The notes under the pieces were generated by a model that was given only the letters and a program-made list of their open reading frames with translations, did no database searches and was not told where the DNA came from. From a virus: a stretch of 23,277 nt of DNA. Every line of letters begins with the position of its first letter. Position 1 is the stretch's first letter. The stretch lies in the UHGV virus genome UHGV-0070450. One strand, given 5' to 3'. Of the stretch, positions 1-7,420 are shown piece by piece. The translations under genes and the position numbers were made by a program.

Positions 1-405
1 ATGGATCAGGTCGTTGTTTTTCAAAAGATGTTTGAGCAAGTGAGAAAAGAGCAAAACTTCTCCTGGTTTTATTCAGAATTAAAACATAACCGTATTGCAC
101 ATTACATTTATTATCTGGCTACGGATAACATCAGAATTATTACTCACGATGACACGGTTTTGTTATTAAGAGGAACCAGGAGCCTGTTAAAAGTTAGTAC
201 GATCAAGAACCCAACTAAAATAAAAGAGGCCGCATTGCTTCATATTCGCGGAAAATCTACATTTCGGGAATACTGTTCAACACTGGCAGGCGCTGGCGTT
301 TTCCGGTGGGTTACTGATGTTAATCATAACAAACGCAGTTACTACGCCATTGATAATACGCTTTTATATATTGAAGATGTAGAAAATAATAAACCATTAA
401 TCTAG
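1..405 (+). CDS. DUF1398-family protein (YcgX/YbcV/YdfO-like); host-side flank outside the prophage junction
   Basis: 134-aa ORF from the track; motif run YIYYLATDNIRIITHDDTVLLLRGTR...NTLLYIEDVENNKP recalled as DUF1398 family. Lies on the far side of the icd-fragment junction. Confidence 0.6.
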   Translation: MDQVVVFQKMFEQVRKEQNFSWFYSELKHNRIAHYIYYLATDNIRIITHDDTVLLLRGTRSLLKVSTIKNPTKIKEAALLHIRGKSTFREYCSTLAGAGVFRWVTDVNHNKRSYYAIDNTLLYIEDVENNKPLI

Positions 406-620
406 CTAAAGTCTGGAGCTTAAGAAATGCTTCATAATTCAGTAAGGCATTAGCATAATGGAAATGAAAGTGCAGAGACTATCCCTATGGATGATTAATA
501 CTGTCTTTTTATTGCCCCCCATAATTAATCACCAGACCAATACGATCAAATTGATATTTGAAATGTGTTCACTTGACTTTTGATACGTTATTTTATAACG
601 GTTAACATATTTATAAAAAC

Positions 621-643
621 AACGGGCGTGTTATACGCCCGTT
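621..643. terminator. Stem-loop, probable intrinsic terminator downstream of the icd 3' fragment (possibly bidirectional)
   Basis: Perfect 9-bp inverted repeat AACGGGCGT / ACGCCCGTT with 5-nt loop; followed on the minus strand by a T-run (GTTTTTAT), 24 nt after the icd-fragment stop. Confidence 0.45.
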
Positions 644-666
644 TCAATATTTAACACATATAGAGA

Positions 667-831
667 TTACATATTCTTGATGATCGCGTCACCAAATTCT
701 GAACATTTCAGCAGTTTAGCGCCCTCCATCAGACGTTCGAAGTCATAGGTTACGGTCTTGGCGTTGATTGCGCCTTCCATACCTTTAACAATCAGGTCAG
801 CCGCTTCAGTCCAGCCCATATGGCGCAGCAT
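667..831 (-). pseudogene. icd: 3'-terminal fragment of isocitrate dehydrogenase gene (icdC-like); prophage attachment-site remnant
   Basis: Minus-strand translation [54 protein letters not shown] matches the C-terminus of Icd. Similarity stops abruptly at about 831, where non-icd AT-rich DNA begins. Confidence 0.8.
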
Positions 832-972
832 TAGATTTAGAAAATTATTATATCCAATTGAATTAAAACAATTTTATACTTAACGAACATCTAAACTTGT
901 TTTTTTACCTTCACCATAACTCGCTGATTTTGTATAGTTTACGTAGCGTTTTGATAACCACTTTATGGCAAA

Positions 973-1302
973 ATGGAGGTTCGCTTGAAAACTTCTGTTC
1001 TTATCCAGAAATTAATGGAAATTGACAAAACTGTACTATTCGATGCGGACGTAGTGACCGGTGAGGAATGGTGGCCAACCCCGATTTCTCGTGTTTATCA
1101 CAATCCGCCACATACTTATGTAGAATTTTAAACAGGTGAACAATCTCAAAATGAATCTGACGAGCTAAGTGTTTATAGCGAATTACAAATTTGTGCACAT
1201 CGAATGATGCAAATTAGAGATTTTGTGCAATCTAACGAGGGACTGAAACCTGAAAAAATTGTTTCGGAAATAAACATTCAAATTGAACGTATTAAAAAGT
1301 GA
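973..1302 (+). pseudogene. Unassigned ORF interrupted by an in-frame TAA (1129-1131); possible decayed cargo gene
   Basis: ATG at 973 gives MEVRLKTSVLIQKLMEIDKTVLFDADVVTGEEWWPTPISRVYHNPPHTYVEF, then TAA, then the same frame continues for 56 more codons (TGEQSQNESDELSVYSELQICAHRMMQIRDFVQSNEGLKPEKIVSEINIQIERIKK*). No obvious Shine-Dalgarno; function unknown. Confidence 0.2.
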
Positions 1303-1367
1303 TGGCTGAAGCAATTCTGAAACACTAATTCATATTCTATGTTATTCATACCAATGTGGATTTAACT

Positions 1368-1401
1368 CCCACCAACCCACCAACCCACCAACCCACCAAC
1401 C
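1368..1401. repeat. Tandem octamer repeat (CCCACCAA) x 4.25
   Basis: Direct read: cccaccaa cccaccaa cccaccaa cccaccaa cc, immediately upstream of the ATG at 1402 and 257 bp upstream of the restriction gene start. Confidence 0.9.
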
Positions 1402-1657
1402 ATGATTGGGCGGCGCAAGAAATTAATATCAATTAAAACAGCAAGTTATCAGTCTAAACAGAACACCAACGGGATGGAGGAGAGACAAAAAATATCCAAT
1501 GAAACCGTAGCGCGTCAGCATTCAAAAGCGGGGTTTCTTATTTTTACTTCACCAGTAACAAATACACTGTATCATAACTACATAAAAATGATTGTTCTGA
1601 CTCAGATGAATTTCTTACTCTTGTGGAATGTCACTTAATGTTATTTATAGGTAAACA

Positions 1658-3547
1658 ATGAAATCCGAAACGCTAACCATCCAGCAAATTTTCCAAAATC
1701 AACGACAATATCGTGTTCCATTCTATCAACGTGCCTACGTATGGACGCAACGAAACCAATGGTCAGCTTTGTTGGAGGATATCTTCGAAAAAGCACAGAG
1801 CCGACTTTCGGGAACAAAACCAACCCCTCATTTCCTCGGCGCGGTGGTGCTGGAACCTCAACTCAAAAACAGCTTGTTAGGTGTAGATACCATACATATT
1901 ATTGACGGCCAGCAACGTTTAACCACTCTTCAATATATTCTGGCATCCATTCGATTATCATTGCGTGCTACAGGCCTTTCTGAACTGGAAGGGTTAGTAT
2001 TGACTTGCTTGAAAAATACAAACGAAGCAACGATGAGAAATAAAAAGGTAGAATGCTTCAAACTGTGGCCAACTTTTCGAGATCAAACTCATTTTATTCA
2101 AAGTCTTAATGTTGATAATATTGACGATCTCCGTAATGTATTTTCTGATAGCTTCACGCAACATGGTACGTTACGTAAACATTTCAACCACCCGCCGTCA
2201 CTAGAGGCATTATGGTTTTTTACTGAAGCCTTTATAAAATGGATTAAAATAGAAAACCACTCACCACAAGAAAATGCTGTAGCACTAATTGAGGCTGTCT
2301 TGACGGATCTGAAACTGGTAAGCATATTTCTCGAAGCTGAAGATGATGCCCAAATAATTTTTGAAACATTAAATGGGCGAGGAGCGGAACTTCATGCAAC
2401 GGATCTTATTCGCAACTATATCTTTATGTGCGCTGAGCATGAAAATATTAATGCTATTGAATTATATGAAAATGAGTGGAAGATCTTTGAAGATAAATAC
2501 TGGTCGGAAAAGCAACGCCGTGGACGTATTAATAAACCACGCATGGAGTGGCTTGTACATGCGACATTGCAATCAGAAAGGCAGCGTGAAATTGATCTGT
2601 CTCGCCTTTACAATGAGTATCGTGATTATGTAAGTAAGGACTTGCCTTCACAACGAGCAGATCTGCAAGTAAAGCGCCTCAAACAATATGCATCACAATA
2701 TAAAGAATTGGTTGGTGGTTTTGGCACAACCCCCATCTCACACTTTGGACATCGCATCGCAGCCTATGATGTGACGACACTCTATCCGCTTGCTTTGTTC
2801 ATTTCGATAGCTAACATCGCCGATGATGAGAAAGCAGCCATGTATAATGATCTTGTCTCCTACGTAGTACGAAGATCCGTATGTGGCCTGACGCCAAAGA
2901 ATTACAACAATGTATTTATGAATGTATTGCGACACTTGTCTAAAACGGAAATTTCCAGTGTTGAGTTACGTAATATCCTCAATAGCTTAAATGGCGAAGC
3001 CTCACGTTGGCCTGGGGACTCAGAATTTCTCAACGCTTGCATCAATGCTCCACTTTATCCTGGCAGGCTCGACGCACCGAAAATGCGCTCAATGTTAACG
3101 GAACTTGAAAGAGAACTTTGTCGCCAAGTGAAGACAGAAAAGCCTGATGTTCCAAATCTTTCTAATCTCGATATCGATCATCTTATGCCTCAAAGTTGGT
3201 ATTCCTGTTGGCCTCTCGAAAATGGTCATATGGTGACAAATTCAGATGCTACGGTAATGAACCAAATTGTTCTGTCTGGAACCGATCTTACCCCTGAACA
3301 GCTACTGGTAAGGAAACGGCAACAAGCGATAGCTACGTTGGGAAATCTAACTTTGCTTAACCTTAGCGTAAACCGTTCCGTTCAGAATGCTGTATTTCTG
3401 AAAAAACGTGATGCTCTCATCGTCCACACCAATCTACGACTGAACATACCACTTATACTTAAGGATAAATGGGATGAGAGTGAAATACAGGAGCGAGGTA
3501 AAAAGTTGGGGGAAATTGCATTGAAAGTATGGCCAAAATACGATTAA
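1658..3547 (+). CDS. GmrSD-like type IV (modification-dependent) restriction endonuclease; DUF262 (ParB-like NTPase) fused to DUF1524 (His-Me finger nuclease)
   Basis: 629-aa ORF. N-terminal part has RVPFYQRAYVW and IIDGQQRLTTL (DGQQR motif typical of DUF262); C-terminal part has DIDHLMPQSW ... NLTLLNLSVNRSVQN ... KKRD (H/N/N pattern typical of DUF1524). Sits where e14 carries mcrA. Confidence 0.75.
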   Translation: MKSETLTIQQIFQNQRQYRVPFYQRAYVWTQRNQWSALLEDIFEKAQSRLSGTKPTPHFLGAVVLEPQLKNSLLGVDTIHIIDGQQRLTTLQYILASIRLSLRATGLSELEGLVLTCLKNTNEATMRNKKVECFKLWPTFRDQTHFIQSLNVDNIDDLRNVFSDSFTQHGTLRKHFNHPPSLEALWFFTEAFIKWIKIENHSPQENAVALIEAVLTDLKLVSIFLEAEDDAQIIFETLNGRGAELHATDLIRNYIFMCAEHENINAIELYENEWKIFEDKYWSEKQRRGRINKPRMEWLVHATLQSERQREIDLSRLYNEYRDYVSKDLPSQRADLQVKRLKQYASQYKELVGGFGTTPISHFGHRIAAYDVTTLYPLALFISIANIADDEKAAMYNDLVSYVVRRSVCGLTPKNYNNVFMNVLRHLSKTEISSVELRNILNSLNGEASRWPGDSEFLNACINAPLYPGRLDAPKMRSMLTELERELCRQVKTEKPDVPNLSNLDIDHLMPQSWYSCWPLENGHMVTNSDATVMNQIVLSGTDLTPEQLLVRKRQQAIATLGNLTLLNLSVNRSVQNAVFLKKRDALIVHTNLRLNIPLILKDKWDESEIQERGKKLGEIALKVWPKYD

Positions 3548-3569
3548 TGCAATTAATAAAATGATTATA

Positions 3570-3593
3570 GCGGCCTTACATTAGTAAGGCCGC
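3570..3593. terminator. Stem-loop between convergent genes (restriction gene and pin remnant)
   Basis: Perfect 10-bp inverted repeat GCGGCCTTAC / GTAAGGCCGC with 4-nt loop; AT-rich flanks; the pin-remnant stop codon lies in the loop. Confidence 0.4.
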
Positions 3594-3772
3594 AACTCAC
3601 TATTAAATCCTTTAATTTGCATCAAGAACAGCACTGTCAGCCCTAGGCTCTCGGACTTTGTACCGCTTATCTTGTCTTCAAAAATCAGCTCGCATCCTGC
3701 ACAGTTCAACGCATTACGTTGTAGATCGATTTTCTGGTCATTTGTTGATACGCAAACATAGCCAATAAGCAT
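3581..3772 (-). pseudogene. pin: Pin/Gin/Hin-family serine DNA invertase, truncated after about 41 conserved residues
   Basis: From the ATG at 3770-3772 (GAGGGAG Shine-Dalgarno upstream): MLIGYVCVSTNDQKIDLQRNALNCAGCELIFEDKISGTKSE matches the invertase N-terminus, then diverges (SLGLTVLFLMQIKGFNSELRPY*). The conserved YVRVS motif reads YVCVS here. Confidence 0.75.
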
Positions 3773-3798
3773 GGTAGCTCCCTCTGACAAAAGCAGGA

Positions 3799-4188
3799 AT
3801 GATGCCATTTTCTCGTTATTTCTGCATTTTCATAAACGTTGGTTTGGGAGAATTATCTCTGGCTGGCACTGCATCGGGTGTCATTGGTCTGAATGGGTAT
3901 GTAACGATTCCGTTAATTATTTCAGGTTCCCGGAGAACACTGATTATTCAGTGGGGGCAGGCGAGATTTGGTGGGTCTGGTGGTGAAGATGCCGGATATC
4001 TTAATGATTTTCCTTTTGCCTTTCCGTCAGCATGTTATGGAATGATAGTTAGTCATGTGGGGCATACACCTTCAGGCGCAGGAATCCTGTCGGCTTCTGC
4101 AATTACATCAAATCAGTTCCGCGGTTTTTCAAGCATAGCGACTGCTGCAAATGCTGTATTAGGTCGTTATATCGCTATAGGGGGTTAA
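3799..4188 (+). CDS. Alternate tail-fibre C-terminal domain (promoterless copy inside the invertible segment)
   Basis: Contains TLIIQWGQARFGG, sharing the LIIQWG motif and a 17-bp identity (CTGATTATTCAGTGGGG) with the minus-strand fibre ORF. The track start at 3799 is probably not a true start because the ORF runs through the crossover site. Confidence 0.5.
   Translation: MMPFSRYFCIFINVGLGELSLAGTASGVIGLNGYVTIPLIISGSRRTLIIQWGQARFGGSGGEDAGYLNDFPFAFPSACYGMIVSHVGHTPSGAGILSASAITSNQFRGFSSIATAANAVLGRYIAIGG
3827..3852. other. Candidate invertase crossover site (hix/gix-like 26-mer), pin-proximal
   Basis: ttttcataaacgttggtttgggagaa; its reverse complement TTCTCCCAAACC... resembles the hix half-site TTCTTGAAAACC, and it pairs as an inverted partial repeat with 5267-5292. 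Confidence 0.4.
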
Positions 4189-4189
4189 T

Positions 4190-4627
4190 ATGTTTTATAG
4201 TCCATCATTAAACATTTTTGTGAATCCTGCGCTTAAGGATGATTACATTAATGCAAATTCATGGCCAGATGATGCTCTGGCTGTCAGTGATGATGTTTAT
4301 AATGAATTTGCAATCAATACGCCCCCATATGACAAAATTCGTGTTGCAGGAAAAAATGGATTACCCACATGGGCACTAATACCTCCACCATCGCATGAAG
4401 AACTTATTCAACAGGCAGAATCAGAAAGGCAATTATTGCTTAATCAGGCCAACGAATACATGAACAGTAAACAATGGCCCGGTAAAGCCGCTATTGGTCG
4501 TCTGAAAGACGAGGAACTGGCACTATATAATTTGTGGCTGGATTACCTGGACGCACTGGAACTGGTGGATACCTCCAGTGCTCCAGATATTGAATGGCCT
4601 ACACCTCCGGTAACTCAGGCCAGCTAA
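4190..4627 (+). CDS. Tail fibre assembly protein (Tfa family)
   Basis: 145-aa ORF immediately after the fibre segment, ending ...TSSAPDIEWPTPP, which parallels the ...TSTAPEISWPELP end of the convergent copy. Confidence 0.7.
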   Translation: MFYSPSLNIFVNPALKDDYINANSWPDDALAVSDDVYNEFAINTPPYDKIRVAGKNGLPTWALIPPPSHEELIQQAESERQLLLNQANEYMNSKQWPGKAAIGRLKDEELALYNLWLDYLDALELVDTSSAPDIEWPTPPVTQAS

Positions 4628-5024
4628 TCTCAGGAGCCGTCGAAGTGTCGACGGCTTTTACTTCTTTTTTGTAGTCCATCCAGGCGGATAGTTTTTCTTT
4701 ATCTGTACTGCTGATATCACCAAGCATTAATTCCACTCGCCAGTCAGCTGTGACATTATCGGCATGAGCAAGTAACTGCATTCGCTGATTTTCAGCACGT
4801 GCGACATAATCAATCGCCGGAGATTTCAGTACCGGTAAACCATTTTCATCTGACGTGATTAATTTACCCCCTTCCTGCTGTCCGGCAATTAATTCATTGT
4901 ATAAGTCTGTACTTATCTCAACAATGTCAGCAGGCATGTCGCTGTTTATACCATCAAAGAAAAAACCATTAGTCGATTTTGAGAAATAAATCATAGATAT
5001 ACCTATACACCGATTGCTACCCAA
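4599..5024 (-). CDS. Tail fibre assembly protein (Tfa family)
   Basis: 141-aa ORF; its 3' end overlaps the convergent tfa by about 29 bp, as in invertible G/P segments. Confidence 0.7.
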   Translation of the reverse strand: MGSNRCIGISMIYFSKSTNGFFFDGINSDMPADIVEISTDLYNELIAGQQEGGKLITSDENGLPVLKSPAIDYVARAENQRMQLLAHADNVTADWRVELMLGDISSTDKEKLSAWMDYKKEVKAVDTSTAPEISWPELPEV

Positions 5025-5524
5025 AAACAGGACCTTTCATATTTGACAATTTCTCCCTGAGATATACCGCCAACAATTATATAGAACTGTGATTTGGTGA
5101 TATCAGAACAGTTCGCAATGCCCATTGCAGATATACCCGCCACCGACGTTGTATGTGGTACAGCCAACAGCGCAAGTGAACGACTTGGGAATGTTACCGG
5201 GTAAGTCACCGTATAGTTTGATGCTCCACTGACTATACCCCACTGAATAATCAGACCTGAAGGGAGTTTTTGAAAACCCGTTGATGAAAGTGAACTGGCA
5301 AACGCCGCCATATCCGGAATTTGGTTTTGCTCGTTACCCACATTTCGTTTTGCCGCTTCTCCCAAACCAAGGTTTTGAAGAGCCGTTTTCACCGTGCCGT
5401 CCGGTTTGTCGCGGTTCGGGTATTCGTGCGTTTCCACACGACGACCGGTTCCCGCACTTTCTTCTTCAACCTTAAACGGCACACCGCGAAATGACGCGTC
5501 CTGAAGTCTGTCTTTCCACGTCAT
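5003..5524 (-). CDS. Chimeric tail protein: Mu gp43/N-like DNA-circulation N-terminus fused to a tail-fibre C-terminal domain
   Basis: Likely start MTWKDRLQDASFRGVPFKVEEESAGTGRRVETHEYPNRD (GGAG Shine-Dalgarno 5 nt upstream) resembles the DNA-circulation N-terminal signature; C-terminal half (GLIIQWGIVSGASNYTVTYPVTF...) is fibre-like. The track ORF extends to 5566. Confidence 0.55.
   Translation of the reverse strand: MTWKDRLQDASFRGVPFKVEEESAGTGRRVETHEYPNRDKPDGTVKTALQNLGLGEAAKRNVGNEQNQIPDMAAFASSLSSTGFQKLPSGLIIQWGIVSGASNYTVTYPVTFPSRSLALLAVPHTTSVAGISAMGIANCSDITKSQFYIIVGGISQGEIVKYERSCFWVAIGV
5267..5292. other. Candidate invertase crossover site (hix/gix-like 26-mer), distal
   Basis: tttttgaaaacccgttgatgaaagtg; left half TTTTTGAAAACC matches the recalled hix half-site TTCTTGAAAACC at 11 of 12 positions; lies inside the tail-fibre coding sequence. 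Confidence 0.4.
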
Positions 5525-5539
5525 ATAAACTCCGTACAT

Positions 5540-5561
5540 AAAAAATCCCACCGGAGTGGGA
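5540..5561 (-). terminator. Stem-loop with T-run just after the tape measure stop (minus strand)
   Basis: Minus strand reads TCCCAC-TCCG-GTGGGA followed by TTTTTT, between the tape measure stop (5585) and the next start (5524). Confidence 0.4.
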
Positions 5562-5584
5562 CTCATTAACAGATTAATTTTTCA

Positions 5585-7420
5585 TTACCTGCCAAAGCGC
5601 GTATAGCCAACATCATGGCTGACATCAAAACCGCTGGATCGCGTTTCCATAACCCGCATACCCGGAGGCGAATTCACAAAAGAGACCTTGATCTCACCAT
5701 CAACTTTTGGCGCAGAAGCTTTGTTAATCATGAAGGGATTCGGGCCTGTGGCACCGGAGGCGTTGTTTGACTGAGCCGGATCTACCGCCTGATAAGGCGT
5801 GTATCCCCGTGCCGGTATTCCCGTCCCATAAGCATCATAAGCACCCGCGCCCCACTGCGCAGAGTTAATGGCATCGACCGTGTCACCGGAACTGTCGGTA
5901 AACCACTCAATAATTGGCTTCAGTTTGTCCCACATATCCTGAAACCACTTAACAACCGGTCCCCAGTTATTGATTACCATCCCCAGCGGCGACCAGGCAA
6001 AAACCTTCTTCAGAAGTTCCCAGCCAGCCTCAAAATAAGGACCAATGGTTTCCCAGAGCTTCTTGAAATAAGGTCCGACAACATCCCAGTTAGTGATAAT
6101 TAATCCCGCAGCCAGGGCTATCGCCGTCGCAATCATGCCAATCGGCGTCATCGACATGATCCTGCTGACAATACTGATGGCACCGCCAACGCCCATCAAT
6201 CCCAGTTTCAGAATCGCAAGACCGGCAGCAAGCCCGACGACGCCGCGAATAACCCGGGGATTTTCATCCGCAAACTTCGTGAATTTTTCCCCTAACTCCC
6301 CCAGCCATTGCGTGATATTTTTGGCGTCACCAGAAAATGCGCCGCCAATAGCCGCAAGGCCGTTAGTTGCGGTCCCCGTCATTGCCTCCCACAGGTTGGA
6401 CAGCGTACCAAGCTGGGCCTGAACACGTTTATTCAGGCTGGCCTGTTTATTCATCTTCTGCTGGATCTGATCGTAGCCATCCTTTCCTTTATCGATTAGT
6501 GCATTGACCACCTGAAGGGTTTCGGCATCATCACCAAATATTGCCTTAAGTACACCTGTTCGCTTAACGTCGGTCAGTTTTCGCAGCTTTGCCAGTTGCC
6601 TGAACATGTTATCAAGACCGCCAAAACTTCCTTTGCCGTCAGTAAAATCGAGCTGTACCCCGAGTTTCTGGCGGGCCATGATTTTATTGACGTCCCTGAT
6701 TTTCTTAACGCTTAATCCGGACTGGATAACTTTTCGCAGGGCGTTACCTGCCGACTCCCCGTTCATCCCCATCTGATCCATCATGACGCTGATGGGGGCA
6801 AGGCTCTGTGCAGCCTGAAGACCGTCCTTGTTCACCATCTTCAGAACAGAGCTGGTTTTAGTGAAGAAGGACAACATGTTGGTATCGTCAACACCCAGAT
6901 AAAACGCCTTCTGGATAGTGTCGAACAGCCCCATCATGTCTTCTGACGCCGTTCCGGTAGCATCCTGCATCTTTGCAGCAAACTCAGCAGCCGCTTCCGG
7001 TGTTTTTTTCAGTTGTACCGCAAGATAAGCTGTCGCTTTACCCACACCGCCAAGAATGTTTTCTGCCGGGATCCCCTGACGCACCAGCATCTGCATCATG
7101 TTCTGGAAATCAGCCGTTGTACCGGGTAGCTGGTTACCCAGGCCAATAGCCAGTTTATTGATGTCCTGAAAGCTCTTTCCGACCTCGCCGTTCGCATCCA
7201 TCATGGCGACTTTCAGCCCGGTGGCGGCGTTTTCCTGATCGGCATAAGATTTCAGGGAAAGCGTCAGACCCGCTGCCAGTCCGCCACCAAGCGCCAGCCC
7301 ACCCTGTGACGCTTCTTCCGCCTGGCGTTTAAATCCCCGGATTTTCTTTTGCATTTTCGACAGCGCCGGAGAAAGCCTGTCGACACCGGTGATCAACGCC
7401 TTAAGCTCAAATTCAGCCAT
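5585..7420 (-). CDS. Tail tape measure protein
   Basis: 611-aa ORF with Ala/Gly-rich, helix-prone N-terminal two thirds, a hydrophobic segment (AAGLAILKLGLMGVGGAISIV...) and Trp-rich repeats. Follows the chaperone frameshift pair. Confidence 0.85.
   Translation of the reverse strand: MAEFELKALITGVDRLSPALSKMQKKIRGFKRQAEEASQGGLALGGGLAAGLTLSLKSYADQENAATGLKVAMMDANGEVGKSFQDINKLAIGLGNQLPGTTADFQNMMQMLVRQGIPAENILGGVGKATAYLAVQLKKTPEAAAEFAAKMQDATGTASEDMMGLFDTIQKAFYLGVDDTNMLSFFTKTSSVLKMVNKDGLQAAQSLAPISVMMDQMGMNGESAGNALRKVIQSGLSVKKIRDVNKIMARQKLGVQLDFTDGKGSFGGLDNMFRQLAKLRKLTDVKRTGVLKAIFGDDAETLQVVNALIDKGKDGYDQIQQKMNKQASLNKRVQAQLGTLSNLWEAMTGTATNGLAAIGGAFSGDAKNITQWLGELGEKFTKFADENPRVIRGVVGLAAGLAILKLGLMGVGGAISIVSRIMSMTPIGMIATAIALAAGLIITNWDVVGPYFKKLWETIGPYFEAGWELLKKVFAWSPLGMVINNWGPVVKWFQDMWDKLKPIIEWFTDSSGDTVDAINSAQWGAGAYDAYGTGIPARGYTPYQAVDPAQSNNASGATGPNPFMINKASAPKVDGEIKVSFVNSPPGMRVMETRSSGFDVSHDVGYTRFGR

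Larger units (their letters stand above)
3827..5292. mobile_element. Invertible tail-fibre segment (e14 P / Mu G-segment-like) bounded by inverted hix/gix-like sites
   Basis: Convergent tfa genes flanked by oppositely oriented tail-fibre C-terminal coding segments, pin remnant adjacent, and inverted partial repeats at both ends. Confidence 0.5.

Noticed and set aside
1001-1198. 65-aa minus-strand ORF in the junction-proximal AT-rich DNA
   Set aside because: Overlaps a more protein-like plus-strand frame (973-1302) and has no ribosome-binding site; judged spurious.
1402-1638. 78-aa ORF starting immediately after the octamer repeat
   Set aside because: No Shine-Dalgarno (C-rich repeat abuts the ATG), low-complexity AT-rich composition, no protein-like motifs; more likely part of the 5' leader of the restriction gene.
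3771-3986. 71-aa plus-strand ORF overlapping the pin start and fibre segment
   Set aside because: Alternative frame of the fibre-segment region that crosses the pin start and the crossover site; not supported as a separate gene.
5281-5475. 64-aa plus-strand ORF overlapping the chimeric fibre gene and crossover site
   Set aside because: Antisense to the fibre coding sequence and spans the candidate crossover site; no independent support.
6093-6499. Plus-strand ORFs (109 and 63 aa) inside the tape measure gene
   Set aside because: Entirely antisense to a long, well-supported minus-strand gene; typical shadow ORFs in GC-rich coding DNA. The same applies to the plus-strand ORFs inside the sheath, capsid, portal, terminase and holin genes (for example 8460-8876, 12221-12544, 14366-14941, 15180-15479, 16674-17114, 19660-19854).
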